From contig JAGXGK010000015.1 of NCBI GenBank assembly GCA_024636785.1, positions 136,900 to 200,899 of the forward strand: 64,000 nt of DNA. Reading direction: 5' to 3'. A model generated the notes under the pieces. The model searched no databases and was not told where the DNA came from. It saw nothing but the letters and a program-made list of their open reading frames with translations. This document shows, piece after piece, positions 49,307 through 59,880 of the stretch (within the stretch, counting starts at the first letter, position 1; every line of letters begins with the position of its first letter). The stretch comes from Gammaproteobacteria bacterium. GTDB lineage: Bacteria > Pseudomonadota > Gammaproteobacteria > SZUA-229. The position numbers and the translations under genes are program-made.

Positions 49307-52276
49307 GTGCGTAAATTGATCTTTACCTTAGCGTTCGGGACGATATTACTTCCCAGTCATGGATTTGCTCTGGGGCTGGGCGAAATTGAAGTCAATTCGG
49401 CGTTAAATCAAAAGCTTGCTGCTCGTATAGATCTGCTTTCAGCAGCGCCCGAAGAAGCTGAATCGTTGCTAATCAGTCTGGGTTCGCGGGAAGAATTTTT
49501 GCGCGCGGGACTGGATCGCCCCATGGTATTGAACACGCTGAAATTCGATACTCGAGTTGAAAATGGTGATGTCTTTGTTGATGTCACTTCGCCTAAACCT
49601 ATTCGTGAGCCCTTCCTGAATTTTCTCCTAGAAGTCGATTGGCCTCAGGGCCATTTGATTCGTGAATACACCATTCTGCTCGATCCGCCTGTATTTATGG
49701 GTCGCCGGGACAGCCAGGCGGCACCTGCTTCAGGCCGCCCTGCCATGCAGGCTGCGGACAGCCGGGCTCCATCGACCGGTGCTTCCGTCCCTGCCGCATC
49801 GGCTCCGGCGCCAATAGCTGCTGAAGCCTATGCGCCGAAATCCACACCGTCGAGCAGTTATGCCGCACCGGCGGAACGGCGTGTGCAGGAGGGAGATACC
49901 GCCTGGAGTCTGGCTAACAGCATGAGGCCCGATGCCTCCGTTTCCACCCAGCAAATGCTGCTGGCGCTGTTACGGGCTAATCCGGGCGCGTTCATTAATG
50001 ACAACATCAACGGTCTTAAACGGGGTTATATTCTGCGCACGCCCGATGCCGGCGACATTAAGGTGGTCAGCAGCGAGGAAGCCCGGGCGATAGTGCGCCA
50101 GCAGAATGCCATGTGGCGTGAATATCAGCAGTCCTCGGTCAGCGACGAACCGGCTTCCGCTCTTAATGATGATCGCAGCAAGCCGGATTCCGGCTCTACC
50201 GTCGCTACCAGTAATAATTCACGTCTCGCTATCGTCAGTGCCGGCACCGGTTCTTCCGCGGAGAACGAAAGCAAAAACCCATCCGAGCTGAGTGCCAGTG
50301 AGTTGCGTGAGCAACTGGCACTAGCGCGTGAACGTATTGAGACCGAACGGGTAGAAAAAGAGAACCTGCAGAAGCAGGTAAGCTCCTTAGGCCGGCAGGT
50401 GGATAAGATGAAGAGCTTGCTGTCCATCGAAGATGACGCTCTGGCGGAAATTCAGTCTGTTGGTATGTCATCCGAAGAGATGAACGCTGTCGATCAAGCC
50501 GCGGAAGTCGCTGATGAAAAAGCGGTAACGGAAATCGATGCGGAGATCAAAGCACAGGATACATTGAAGACTGAGACGGAAGATGAAGCCGCCGAGATTG
50601 TTGCTGACGGCGAAGCAGTATTTACAGACGAAGCGTCGGAGCCGGTTGCGGTGGTCGCTCCGGATACTGAGCTCATGATGGACGAAGCGACATCGGCTGA
50701 GTCTGACTATGTCCAGAAAAAAGACACAAGCCTGATTGGTACCCTGCTCGACAACAGAATGCTGCTTGCTGGCCTGTTGCTGCTGCTGCTGATTATTGGC
50801 GCTCTCGCCTATCTGGTTAAGCGTCGCCGCAATAACGCCTCTGATGAAGCTGAAGAATCCGGCAATAGCAGGGCTTTCGCAGTCAGCGAGGAAAATGCGC
50901 TGGAAGATGTTGCTGACACTATTGACGCTGAATCGATTGATGAGGTAGTGAGCGATGAAGAAGTCAAAGCCTCCATGGCCGAAGCGGAGTCTAAAGAAGA
51001 AGAGTTTGATGCTGAAACGACCATGATTCTGTCTTCCGATACCGATTCCGACGTGACCAGCGAGAATGAGTTTCAGGCCGAGGAGCCGGATGATGTGCTG
51101 GCAGAGGCCGATGTCTACCTGGCTTATGGGATTTATCAGCAGGCTGAAGAGCTGCTGGAAGCGGCGATTGCAGAGTATCCGGACAAGGACTCATACCGGG
51201 TCAAGCTGGCAGAGACCTTTTTTGCGAGCAAGAATGCCAAAGCCTTAGAGAAACTGGGCGTAGAGATGAAGCAGCGCCTGGGTGATGAAGAGAGCCCTGC
51301 CTGGATCAAAGTGGCGGCAATGGGCAAGGAGCTATGTCCTGATGCCGAGGTATTCCAGCAGGCCGATCTGGATATCGATCTGGACATTAATGACCTGATG
51401 CCCAAATCACCTGAACCCATGGATTTTGATCTGGGCGATATTGATGACAGCGGCGCGGATGAAAGTGTACCTGAGCTGGATATGGACTTTGATGCACCAC
51501 TGGATGATTCGAGCGAAGAGAATAACTTCGATTTGCCCTCTCTGGAAGAGACCCCCGACGAACTCGAATTTGATCTAAGTGAAACCGATGCTATAGAAGA
51601 AGCTCCGGCAGAAACATCTGCTCTGGAAGATTTGGAAGAGCCTGAAGCGCTGGATGAGCTTGAGTTCGATATGAGTGAAGCAGCCACTGAGGAAACTGAG
51701 ACAGAGGACGTGGCCACGGAACTCTCCTTTGATGATGACGAAGAAGAGGAATTTTCACTCGATATTGAAGCTTCAGAGCTTGATCTGGAAGATTCAGCTG
51801 AAACTGATGAAGCGGATCTGAATTTTGATATGCCCATGGATGCCGCAACTGAAACTGAAGAAGCCGTAGCGGTCAACGAGACGGAAGAAAAAGATGATGG
51901 GCTGGACATGGATTTAAGTACGGACATGTCGGACGAAGTCACACCGGTCAATAAGACGGAAGAAAAAGATGACGCGCTGGACATGGACTTCAGTCTGGAT
52001 ATGTCGGAAGAAGGTGACGTGGAAACCGAAGAGGGCGAGTTTGACCTTTCCGCCGAAGCCGCTGACTATGATCTTTCGGATGACGATGATCAGGGAGGCA
52101 TGGATCTGACAGAGCCATTGGATGCAGATGAAATCAATACCAAGCTGGATCTGGCCAGGGCCTATCTGGATATGGGCGACCATGAAGGCGCGCGCGATAT
52201 CCTCGAAGAAGTAGTGGAAGGCGGCAATGCCGAGCAGAAGAAGGAGGCAGAAGATTTAATGGCGCAGGCAGGTTAG
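49307..52276 (+). CDS. fimV: FimV/HubP polar landmark protein
   Basis: ALGLGEI...SALNQ, EPFLNFL, REYTILLDPP, LysM-like region, TM, acidic region, C-terminal KLDLARAYLDMGD. Confidence 0.95.
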   Translation: MRKLIFTLAFGTILLPSHGFALGLGEIEVNSALNQKLAARIDLLSAAPEEAESLLISLGSREEFLRAGLDRPMVLNTLKFDTRVENGDVFVDVTSPKPIREPFLNFLLEVDWPQGHLIREYTILLDPPVFMGRRDSQAAPASGRPAMQAADSRAPSTGASVPAASAPAPIAAEAYAPKSTPSSSYAAPAERRVQEGDTAWSLANSMRPDASVSTQQMLLALLRANPGAFINDNINGLKRGYILRTPDAGDIKVVSSEEARAIVRQQNAMWREYQQSSVSDEPASALNDDRSKPDSGSTVATSNNSRLAIVSAGTGSSAENESKNPSELSASELREQLALARERIETERVEKENLQKQVSSLGRQVDKMKSLLSIEDDALAEIQSVGMSSEEMNAVDQAAEVADEKAVTEIDAEIKAQDTLKTETEDEAAEIVADGEAVFTDEASEPVAVVAPDTELMMDEATSAESDYVQKKDTSLIGTLLDNRMLLAGLLLLLLIIGALAYLVKRRRNNASDEAEESGNSRAFAVSEENALEDVADTIDAESIDEVVSDEEVKASMAEAESKEEEFDAETTMILSSDTDSDVTSENEFQAEEPDDVLAEADVYLAYGIYQQAEELLEAAIAEYPDKDSYRVKLAETFFASKNAKALEKLGVEMKQRLGDEESPAWIKVAAMGKELCPDAEVFQQADLDIDLDINDLMPKSPEPMDFDLGDIDDSGADESVPELDMDFDAPLDDSSEENNFDLPSLEETPDELEFDLSETDAIEEAPAETSALEDLEEPEALDELEFDMSEAATEETETEDVATELSFDDDEEEEFSLDIEASELDLEDSAETDEADLNFDMPMDAATETEEAVAVNETEEKDDGLDMDLSTDMSDEVTPVNKTEEKDDALDMDFSLDMSEEGDVETEEGEFDLSAEAADYDLSDDDDQGGMDLTEPLDADEINTKLDLARAYLDMGDHEGARDILEEVVEGGNAEQKKEAEDLMAQAG

Positions 52277-52319
52277 TCTTAAACCTAAAGCTTCGAAAAT
52301 ACGGGCTTATCGTTTAAAA

Positions 52320-52351
52320 TAAAAACGGCATCTTAAATAGGTGCCGTTTTT
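52320..52351. terminator. intrinsic terminator after fimV
   Basis: AAAAACGGCATC-TTAAATA-GGTGCCGTTTTT. Confidence 0.75.
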
Positions 52352-52373
52352 ATTGGTATTTTAGAAAAAAATA

Positions 52374-52562
52374 TTCACCGCAGAGGGCGCAGATTTAAAC
52401 AAAAGCATTCACCGCAGAGGCGCAGAGACGCGGAGAAACCTTTGTTTTTTATTTATCATTTAACATCAATCTTGTGCATGGTAAACGTTAAGGTAAGCAA
52501 TCGGTTTTTGAATAAATCTACTACGGCTTTTCTCTGCGCCTCCGCGCCTCTGCGGTGAAAAA
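52374..52562. repeat. inverted CGCAGAG-unit arms
   Basis: TTCACCGCAGAGGGCGCAGA, TTCACCGCAGAGGCGCAGAGACGCGGAGA ... TCTCTGCGCCTCCGCGCCTCTGCGGTGAA; same family as 9376-9620. Confidence 0.82.
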
Positions 52563-52606
52563 AGGTTTTAGTCACCATATACAAATTCAAGTCAGAACAA
52601 TTCAAA

Positions 52607-53398
52607 ATGACAACATCACGCATCGCTATCGGCATTGAATATAATGGCAGCCATTTTAATGGCTGGCAGATTCAGGCGCGCGATGCCCGCACCGTTCAGC
52701 ATGAAGTGCAGCAGGCGCTGAGCAGGATTGCGGTGCATCCGGTGAGTCTGATCTGTGCCGGGCGCACCGATACCGGGGTGCATGCCACGGCGCAGGTGGC
52801 GCATTTTGATACCAGCGTCGAGCGTGAGCTCAAGGCCTGGGTGATGGGCGGGAACAATCATCTGCCTGAAGATGTCAGCATTATATGGGCGAAAAAAGTC
52901 GACGAAAATTTCAGCGCACGCTTCAGCGCGACCCGGCGCAGCTATCGCTATGTGATTTTGAATCGCCTCGCCAGAACCGCGATACACAGCAAACAGGTGA
53001 CCTGGATTTACGATACTCTGGATGTCGCGCTCATGCACGAAGCGGCGCAGGCGCTGCTGGGCGAACAGGATTTTTCCGCCTTTCGATCATCCAAATGTCA
53101 GGCCAGCCATGCGCACCGGATCATGAATTCGGTTCACGTATTCCGCGAAGGTGAGTATATTTATCTGGACATCTGCGCCAATGCTTTTCTGCACCACATG
53201 GTGCGTAATCTAGTCGGTTCATTGCTGATGATCGGCAGGGGTGAACGGCCGGTAAGCTGGATGGGGGAGCTGCTGAAACTGAAAGACCGGACTCAGGCCG
53301 GACCCACTGCGGCGGCGGCGGGGCTGTATCTGGTTGCGGTACAATACCCGCAGGAATATGACCTGCCATCCACTGGCTTTTTGCCGCGATTTGCTTAA
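52607..53398 (+). CDS. truA: tRNA pseudouridine(38-40) synthase
   Basis: GWQ.Q, AGRTDTGVHA, ARFSA..RSY.Y, FLHHMVRN. Confidence 0.97.
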   Translation: MTTSRIAIGIEYNGSHFNGWQIQARDARTVQHEVQQALSRIAVHPVSLICAGRTDTGVHATAQVAHFDTSVERELKAWVMGGNNHLPEDVSIIWAKKVDENFSARFSATRRSYRYVILNRLARTAIHSKQVTWIYDTLDVALMHEAAQALLGEQDFSAFRSSKCQASHAHRIMNSVHVFREGEYIYLDICANAFLHHMVRNLVGSLLMIGRGERPVSWMGELLKLKDRTQAGPTAAAAGLYLVAVQYPQEYDLPSTGFLPRFA

Positions 53399-53431
53399 CT
53401 GCAGGATAACTTTGCTTAACTACAGGATAAC
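53390..53431 (+). repeat. 21-bp tandem duplication (1 mismatch)
   Basis: TTTGCTTAACTGCAGGATAAC / TTTGCTTAACTACAGGATAAC. Confidence 0.85.
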
Positions 53432-53432
53432 T

Positions 53433-54077
53433 ATGTCTTATACGCGTGTTAAAGTATGCGGAATTACCCGAACAGAAGATGCGCTGCACGCGGCAGCCGA
53501 AGGCGTGGATGCCATCGGTCTGGTTTTTTACCCGAAAAGTCCGCGTTTTATTAGCGCCAGTCAGGCCGCCGATATCTGTCGCAGTCTGCCGGCATTTGTC
53601 ACCAGTGTGGCGCTGTTCAAAGATGCTGATGCCGAAACGGTGCAGCAGGTGCTGGCGCAGGTGCCGGTCGATCTGTTGCAATTTCACGGCAGTGAGAGCG
53701 CCGAATACTGCCGTCAATTTGGCCGACCCTATATCAAGGCATTGGGGATGGCGGGTGAATCGGTAGTGCCGAAACGGGTCGAGGCCTATCACGATGCCCG
53801 CGGCCTGTTGCTGGACGGCCATGCGCCGGGGGCAGCCGGGGGTGGCGGTGAGAGTTTTGAATGGAGCCTGATTCCCGCTGATGTGGGCTATCCACTGATA
53901 CTGGCGGGCGGGCTTGATGCCACCAACGTGGCCGAGGCGATCAGGATCGTGCGCCCCTATGCCATTGATGTCAGCAGTGGCGTGGAGAGCGACAAGGGCA
54001 TCAAGGATGCCGCGCTGGTGACGGCATTTATGAACAGGGTGAGACAGGCGAATCGTGAAATCAATGAAACCAACTGA
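53433..54077 (+). CDS. trpF: phosphoribosylanthranilate isomerase
   Basis: [35 protein letters not shown]. Confidence 0.96.
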   Translation: MSYTRVKVCGITRTEDALHAAAEGVDAIGLVFYPKSPRFISASQAADICRSLPAFVTSVALFKDADAETVQQVLAQVPVDLLQFHGSESAEYCRQFGRPYIKALGMAGESVVPKRVEAYHDARGLLLDGHAPGAAGGGGESFEWSLIPADVGYPLILAGGLDATNVAEAIRIVRPYAIDVSSGVESDKGIKDAALVTAFMNRVRQANREINETN

Positions 54078-54100
54078 GAAACCAACAGGCACAGGCGAGA

Positions 54101-55321
54101 ATGAGCGACAAAAAAGACAGTATTGATTATTCCAGCATGCCCGATGAGCGCGGGCACTTCGGCGTGTATGGCGGCTGCTTTGCCTCGGAAACGCTGATGC
54201 AGGCACTCGATGAGCTTAAAGAGGCTTATCACAGTTCGATGAGCGACGCCGATTTTCAGGCGCAGTTTGATGCCGATCTGGCGCACTATGTTGGTCGCCC
54301 CAGCCCGCTGTATCACGCCGAACGCCTGTCCAGAGAGACCGGCGGTGCGCAAATTTATCTCAAGCGCGAAGACCTCAATCACACCGGCGCGCACAAAATC
54401 AATAACACCATCGGCCAGGCCCTGCTGGCCAAGGCCATGGGCAAAAAGCGCGTCATTGCTGAAACCGGTGCCGGTCAGCATGGCGTGGCCACCGCGACGG
54501 TCGCGGCCCGCTTTGGCATGGAGTGCGTGGTTTACATGGGCGCCGAAGACATCGTGCGTCAGGCACCCAATGTCTATCGCATGAAGTTGCTGGGTGCCAC
54601 GGTTGTGCCGGTGACCTCGGGTTCAAAAACGCTGAAAGATGCGCTCAACGAAGCCATGCGCGACTGGGTCACCAATGTTGACGACACTTTTTATATTATC
54701 GGCACGGTGGCCGGGCCGCATCCTTATCCGGCCATGGTGCGCGATTTTCAGGCCATCATCGGTCGCGAAGCCCGCGAGCAGATACAGCAACAAACCGGGC
54801 GACTACCCGATGCGCTGGTGGCCTGTATCGGTGGCGGCTCAAACGCCATCGGCCTGTTCCACCCCTTTCTGGCGGATGAGTCGGTGCAAATGTACGGCGT
54901 CGAAGCGGCGGGTGAGGGCATCGAAACCGGCCATCATGCCGCACCTTTATGTGCCGGCAAACCGGGCGTGCTGCACGGCAACCGCACCTATCTGATGGAA
55001 GACGCCGACGGCCAGATCATCGAAACCCATTCGGTCTCCGCCGGTCTGGATTACCCCGGCGTCGGCCCCGAGCACGCCTGGCTGAAAGACATCGGCCGCG
55101 TCAATTACGATTCGGTGACCGACGAAGAGGCGCTGAAAGCCTTTCATCAGCTAACCCGTATCGAAGGTATCATTCCGGCGCTGGAATCCAGTCACGCCGT
55201 GGCCTATGGCATCAAGCTGGCGGCGCGGATGTCGCCGCAACAAACCATCATCGTTAATTTATCGGGACGCGGCGACAAGGACATCAATACCGTCGCTGGG
55301 CTGGAAGGTATTGAACTATGA
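54101..55321 (+). CDS. trpB: tryptophan synthase beta chain
   Basis: [48 protein letters not shown]. Confidence 0.98.
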   Translation: MSDKKDSIDYSSMPDERGHFGVYGGCFASETLMQALDELKEAYHSSMSDADFQAQFDADLAHYVGRPSPLYHAERLSRETGGAQIYLKREDLNHTGAHKINNTIGQALLAKAMGKKRVIAETGAGQHGVATATVAARFGMECVVYMGAEDIVRQAPNVYRMKLLGATVVPVTSGSKTLKDALNEAMRDWVTNVDDTFYIIGTVAGPHPYPAMVRDFQAIIGREAREQIQQQTGRLPDALVACIGGGSNAIGLFHPFLADESVQMYGVEAAGEGIETGHHAAPLCAGKPGVLHGNRTYLMEDADGQIIETHSVSAGLDYPGVGPEHAWLKDIGRVNYDSVTDEEALKAFHQLTRIEGIIPALESSHAVAYGIKLAARMSPQQTIIVNLSGRGDKDINTVAGLEGIEL

Positions 55322-56148
55322 GTCGTCTGCAAGCCTGTTTTGAACGTCTGAGTGCAGACTCCAGAAAAGCCCTGATTCCCTATGTGATGACCGCCGATCC
55401 GGCCCCTGAAGTGACTCTGCCGCTGATGCATGCGATGGTGGCAGCGGGCGCTGATATCATCGAACTGGGCGCGCCGTTCTCCGATCCCATGGCCGACGGC
55501 CCGGTGATACAGGCGGCCGCCGAGCGTTCGCTGGCATTTCATACCAGCCTGCACAGTGTCTTTGAAACGGCCCGGCAGTTTCGCCAAACCGATACGCAGA
55601 CACCCATCGTCTTAATGGGCTACCTCAATCCTGTCGAAGTGATGGGCTACGAAGCCTTTGCCCGACAGGCCGCTGAAAACGGCATCGATGGTGTCATCAC
55701 CGTCGATATGCCGCCGGAAGAGGCTGATGAATATGTCGCTGCCCTGCGCGCCCATCAGCTCGATCCGATTTTCCTGATCGCCCCGACCACCACCGAAGCG
55801 CGCATGGAAAAAATCGCCGCCGTGGCCAGCGGCTTTGTCTACTATGTGTCATTGAAAGGCGTCACCGGTGCCGCCACCCTGGATGTGGCGGGCGTAACTG
55901 AGCGGCTGGCGCTGATTCGCAAGCACATTGATCTGCCCATCGGCGTCGGTTTCGGCATCAGCAATGCCGAAACCGCCGCCAGCGTTTCGCACTGTGCCGA
56001 TGCAGTGATTGTCGGCAGCGCCATTGTCAATAAAATGGCCGCACAAAAAGACAATAAGTCTGAACAAACGGCTACAATTGCGAGAAATGTAACAGCTTTG
56101 TTACAATCCATGCGTGTAGCGATGGACAGCAACCGAACAAAAGTATAA
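55318..56148 (+). CDS. trpA: tryptophan synthase alpha chain
   Basis: [32 protein letters not shown]. Confidence 0.97.
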   Translation: MSRLQACFERLSADSRKALIPYVMTADPAPEVTLPLMHAMVAAGADIIELGAPFSDPMADGPVIQAAAERSLAFHTSLHSVFETARQFRQTDTQTPIVLMGYLNPVEVMGYEAFARQAAENGIDGVITVDMPPEEADEYVAALRAHQLDPIFLIAPTTTEARMEKIAAVASGFVYYVSLKGVTGAATLDVAGVTERLALIRKHIDLPIGVGFGISNAETAASVSHCADAVIVGSAIVNKMAAQKDNKSEQTATIARNVTALLQSMRVAMDSNRTKV

Positions 56149-56195
56149 TTTGCCTGCAAGGGCCGCAATCGGGTGACCATGAGAGGACCCAACAC

Positions 56196-57068
56196 ATGAG
56201 CTGGTTTGAAAAATTAATGCCGTCACGAATTCGTACCGAAGTGACGAATAAAGGCACCGTGCCCGAAGGGCTGTGGACCAAATGTACCTCATGCAGCGCC
56301 GTGCTATACCGTGCCGAGTTAGAGCGTAATCAGGATGTCTGTCCCAAGTGTAATCAGCACATGCGCATTTTCGGACGTCGTCGGCTGGATCTGTTTCTGG
56401 ATGAATCGCCGCGCGAAGAGATCGCCAATAATCTCATGCCCATTGATAAGTACAAGTTCAAGGATTCTAAAAAATATAAAGACCGCCTTCTGATCGCGCA
56501 GAAAAACACCGGTGAAAAAGATGCGCTGATTACCATGAAAGGCAAGGTGAAAGGTGTCGAGGTGGTTGCGGCGGCTTTCGATTTCCGTTTTATGGGCGGC
56601 TCCATGGGCTCGGTCGTCGGTGAGAAATTTGTCCGCGCCGTGAATGTGTCGCTGGCGGAAAACATCCCCTTCATCTGCTTTTCCGCTTCGGGCGGTGCAC
56701 GTATGCAGGAAGCGTTGCATTCGCTGATGCAGATGGCGAAAACCAGCGCGGTACTGGCCAAACTGGCGAAGCAGAGAGTGCCCTATATTTCCGTACTCAC
56801 CGACCCGACTATGGGCGGTGTCTCGGCGAGCTTCGCCATGCTGGGCGATGTCAATATTGCTGAACCCAAGGCCCTGATCGGTTTTGCCGGTCCGCGCGTA
56901 ATCGAGCAGACCGTGCGTGAACAGTTGCCGGAAGGCTTCCAGCGCAGCGAGTTTCTGCTGGATCATGGCGCGATTGATATGATCGTCGATCGCCGCGACC
57001 TGCGTGATCGCATCGCCAGTCTGTGTCTTATGCTATCAAACCGCCCCGCCACTCAGTCTATTAGCTAG
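56196..57068 (+). CDS. accD: acetyl-CoA carboxylase carboxyltransferase beta
   Basis: LWTKC..C...CPKC zinc ribbon, [26 protein letters not shown]. Confidence 0.98.
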   Translation: MSWFEKLMPSRIRTEVTNKGTVPEGLWTKCTSCSAVLYRAELERNQDVCPKCNQHMRIFGRRRLDLFLDESPREEIANNLMPIDKYKFKDSKKYKDRLLIAQKNTGEKDALITMKGKVKGVEVVAAAFDFRFMGGSMGSVVGEKFVRAVNVSLAENIPFICFSASGGARMQEALHSLMQMAKTSAVLAKLAKQRVPYISVLTDPTMGGVSASFAMLGDVNIAEPKALIGFAGPRVIEQTVREQLPEGFQRSEFLLDHGAIDMIVDRRDLRDRIASLCLMLSNRPATQSIS

Positions 57069-57300
57069 GAGCCTGACAGAGGATAGACAGTCTTACTGCG
57101 GAACTGCGATTTTGGTCATATTTCCCGATCATTATATTCCGGGCTTCCTGCCCTCCACCCTGCGGGCCGGTCTGACGACCGTTCCCCTGAACTCCCGGCT
57201 CAGTGGTCGTTAAATAGCGCAACTATTCGCCTCAAATGATCGAAAAATCTGACTCAAAATCACCGCTCCTCGCTACAGACGCTATTCTCGGTCAGGCTCC
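57068..57300. mobile_element. MITE with TA target duplication and nested GC-rich insert
   Basis: TA-GGAGCCTGACAGAGGATAG ... CTATTCTCGGTCAGGCTCC-TA. Confidence 0.8.
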
Positions 57301-57432
57301 TATGCCCGGTTCACTTTCGCATCGTCGCTACGATGTGAAAGTGAGTCAAAAACCGCTGATTTCGTCTCCTTCTATTATCGATCTTCCACCCTTTTATGAT
57401 TTCCTCTGCGACCTCTGCGCTAAAACGCCGTT

Positions 57433-58779
57433 ATGAGATTTAACAGCCTCAACGCCTGGCTGGAATGGCAGGCAACGCTTAATCCGGTCGAAATCGATCT
57501 GGGTCTGGAGCGTGTGGTCGAGGTTATGCAGCGCATGGGACTGGCGCGCGAATTTACCTGCCCACTGATTATGGTCGCGGGCACCAATGGCAAAGGTTCG
57601 GTGGTGAGCCTGCTGGCAGCGATGGCCCGCACTGCGGGTCTAAAGGTGGGCTGTTATACCTCGCCGCACATTATCAGTTATAACGAACGCATCACGCTCG
57701 ACGGTGAAAATATCAATGATGACCGTTTATGTCAGGCGTTCGAGCGCATCGATCAGGCTCGGGGTGAAGTCACGCTGACCTATTTTGAATTCGGTACCCT
57801 GGCGGCGATTGATATTTTCATGCACGCCGACATTGATCTGGTGATTATGGAGGTCGGTCTGGGCGGCAGGCTGGATGCGGTGAATGTCATGGAGCCGGAT
57901 GTTTCGGTAATCACCTCGATTGCGCTGGATCACACCGACTGGCTGGGCGATAACCGCGAAGCCATTGCCCTGGAAAAGGCCGGTATCATGCGCGCGCAGA
58001 AACCGGTGATCTGCGGCGAGAGCGACGCCCCGGCAACACTGCTGGAGGCGGCAGCGCAAAAATCAGCACAGCTATTTCAGCTGGGAGAACATTACCGGAT
58101 CGAAGCTTCATCGCCCGATAGCTGGAACCTGATCAGCCCGCTGGGTGATATTCACGATCTACCCGCACCCGCGCTGCACGGTGAATTTCAGCTCGGCAAT
58201 GCCGCCACCGCGATTCTGGCGCTACAGGCGATGGCATCAAGAGTGGCATCAAAGCTGACCATCACCCCGGCAGACATGCGCCGGGGTTTGCAGCAAGCGC
58301 GCCTGCGCGGCCGCTTTGAAACCCTGCACCGGCAGCCGCAGGTGATTGTCGATGTTGCGCACAATCCGCACGCCGTGGCCTCGCTGGTCGCGCAGTTGCA
58401 GACGCAGCGCATCGAAGGCTCGACTCGTATCGTGCTGGCCATGCTGGCGGACAAACCTGTCAATGAGGTGATTGAATTGCTACTGCCGATTGCCGACGAC
58501 TGGTATTGTGCGGGTCTGGAAGAAAATCCCAGGGGCTTACCGGCTGCAACCATGGCCGGAAAGATCAGGCAAAAATTAAACAGCTCTGCGCGGCTTACTC
58601 AGCCGCCCGCTGATGTTAAACTTTGCGCTGAGTTAACGGTGCAAGCCGCCATTGAAGCGGCTCTACGCGATGCAAAACCTGAGGATAGAATTATTATCCT
58701 GGGCTCTTTTTACACAGTCGCTGCAGCGATAGATTATTTCTCCCGAATGGCAATGCTAAATCATCAAGCTGAATCATAA
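57433..58779 (+). CDS. folC: bifunctional folylpolyglutamate/dihydrofolate synthase
   Basis: VAGTNGKGS, TSPH...YNER, EVGLGGRLDAVN, DVAHNP. Confidence 0.97.
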   Translation: MRFNSLNAWLEWQATLNPVEIDLGLERVVEVMQRMGLAREFTCPLIMVAGTNGKGSVVSLLAAMARTAGLKVGCYTSPHIISYNERITLDGENINDDRLCQAFERIDQARGEVTLTYFEFGTLAAIDIFMHADIDLVIMEVGLGGRLDAVNVMEPDVSVITSIALDHTDWLGDNREAIALEKAGIMRAQKPVICGESDAPATLLEAAAQKSAQLFQLGEHYRIEASSPDSWNLISPLGDIHDLPAPALHGEFQLGNAATAILALQAMASRVASKLTITPADMRRGLQQARLRGRFETLHRQPQVIVDVAHNPHAVASLVAQLQTQRIEGSTRIVLAMLADKPVNEVIELLLPIADDWYCAGLEENPRGLPAATMAGKIRQKLNSSARLTQPPADVKLCAELTVQAAIEAALRDAKPEDRIIILGSFYTVAAAIDYFSRMAMLNHQAES

Positions 58780-58787
58780 TTAGGAAT

Positions 58788-59270
58788 ATGGATAAAATAC
58801 TTCAACAACGTCTGGTAGGTGCCGTGGTGCTGGTGGCACTGGGCGTCATTCTGCTTCCGGCGTTACTGGACGGCAATGGTTATAGTTCACGCCATGACCG
58901 TAACATACAGATTCCCGCCAAACCTCAGTTCACCATCGTCGAAGAGGAGAAGCTCGAGCCTGCGGTGATACCAACCCCGATGGATGCGAGACGGGAAACG
59001 CTGGATCTGGCCAGTGAGGGTCCGCCCGAGCCGATCCAGTCCTGGACATTACAGGTTGGCACCTTCAGTCAGGAAGACAATGCTCTGGCCTTCCGTACCA
59101 CTCTGCGCAAACAGGGCTATACCGCTTATCTCGAAAGTAGCCGCAGCAACGGAGAGAAAAGTTACCGGGTCTTTATCGGCCCCGAGCTGGAAATAGCTCA
59201 GCTGGAAAAAATCAAGGCGAAGCTTAAGGCTGAAAAAAACATTGATGCCTTCATGCTCCGCCATCCCTGA
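58788..59270 (+). CDS. dedD: SPOR-domain cell division protein
   Basis: QRLVGAVVLVALGVI TM, WTLQVGTF...YRVFIGP SPOR; between folC and cvpA. Confidence 0.85.
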   Translation: MDKILQQRLVGAVVLVALGVILLPALLDGNGYSSRHDRNIQIPAKPQFTIVEEEKLEPAVIPTPMDARRETLDLASEGPPEPIQSWTLQVGTFSQEDNALAFRTTLRKQGYTAYLESSRSNGEKSYRVFIGPELEIAQLEKIKAKLKAEKNIDAFMLRHP

Positions 59271-59383
59271 AAAATCATCGCTGACAATCACACCTATGCA
59301 AGCTAAGGCAGAGCGTTTTTTGAGTATATTCAGCTTATTCATATGCGTATAATGAGCCTCTTTCCAGGAGACACCAGAGCACC

Positions 59384-59878
59384 ATGACCGTTGTTGATGT
59401 GATCATCCTTTTCGTGATCTTTCTGTCGGCGCTATTCAGTTTGATGCGCGGCTTTGTCAAAGAGGCCATATCGCTCACCACCTGGCTGATGGCGATCTGG
59501 ATATCCGCCACTTTTGCGCCCCGTCTGGCCGCGCTTCTGCCCGTGGACATCGAATCCGAAGCGGTGCGTCTGGCGCTGGGTTTTGGTCTGTTATTTATAC
59601 TTACGCTGATGTTCGGTGCGCTGGTGAATTTCATCGTCGCCCAATTTGTAAAAAAGACAGGGCTGTCGGGCGCTGATCGTATCTTCGGCGTGCTCTTTGG
59701 TTTTCTGCGCGGTATATTAATTATCCTGGTCTTTGTAGTGGTCGGCAGCATGACGCCACTGCCCGAACAGGACTGGTGGCAGTCATCGGATTTGCTGGGA
59801 CGCTTTGAAAAACTCACCCTTATGTTAAAACCCTATTTTCCGGAAAATATATTATCTTCCGGAGGGACGATAAAATAA
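59384..59878 (+). CDS. cvpA: colicin V production protein family
   Basis: RGFVKEA.SL, GLSGADR.FG..FG.LRG; upstream of purF. Confidence 0.93.
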   Translation: MTVVDVIILFVIFLSALFSLMRGFVKEAISLTTWLMAIWISATFAPRLAALLPVDIESEAVRLALGFGLLFILTLMFGALVNFIVAQFVKKTGLSGADRIFGVLFGFLRGILIILVFVVVGSMTPLPEQDWWQSSDLLGRFEKLTLMLKPYFPENILSSGGTIK

Positions 59879-59880
59879 TT

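Noticed and set aside
51136-51984. 282-aa Ser-rich minus-strand ORF
   Set aside because: Antisense reflection of the Asp/Glu-rich codons of fimV
53121-54206. Long antisense ORFs over truA/trpF (and similar ones over yqjG, aroC, SNF2, leuC, leuD, accD)
   Set aside because: Shadow frames expected from GC-rich codon bias; no motifs, and they overlap confident genes
57236-57436. 66-aa ORF before folC and 65-aa ORF at 61975-62172
   Set aside because: Both are read through MITE/repeat sequence
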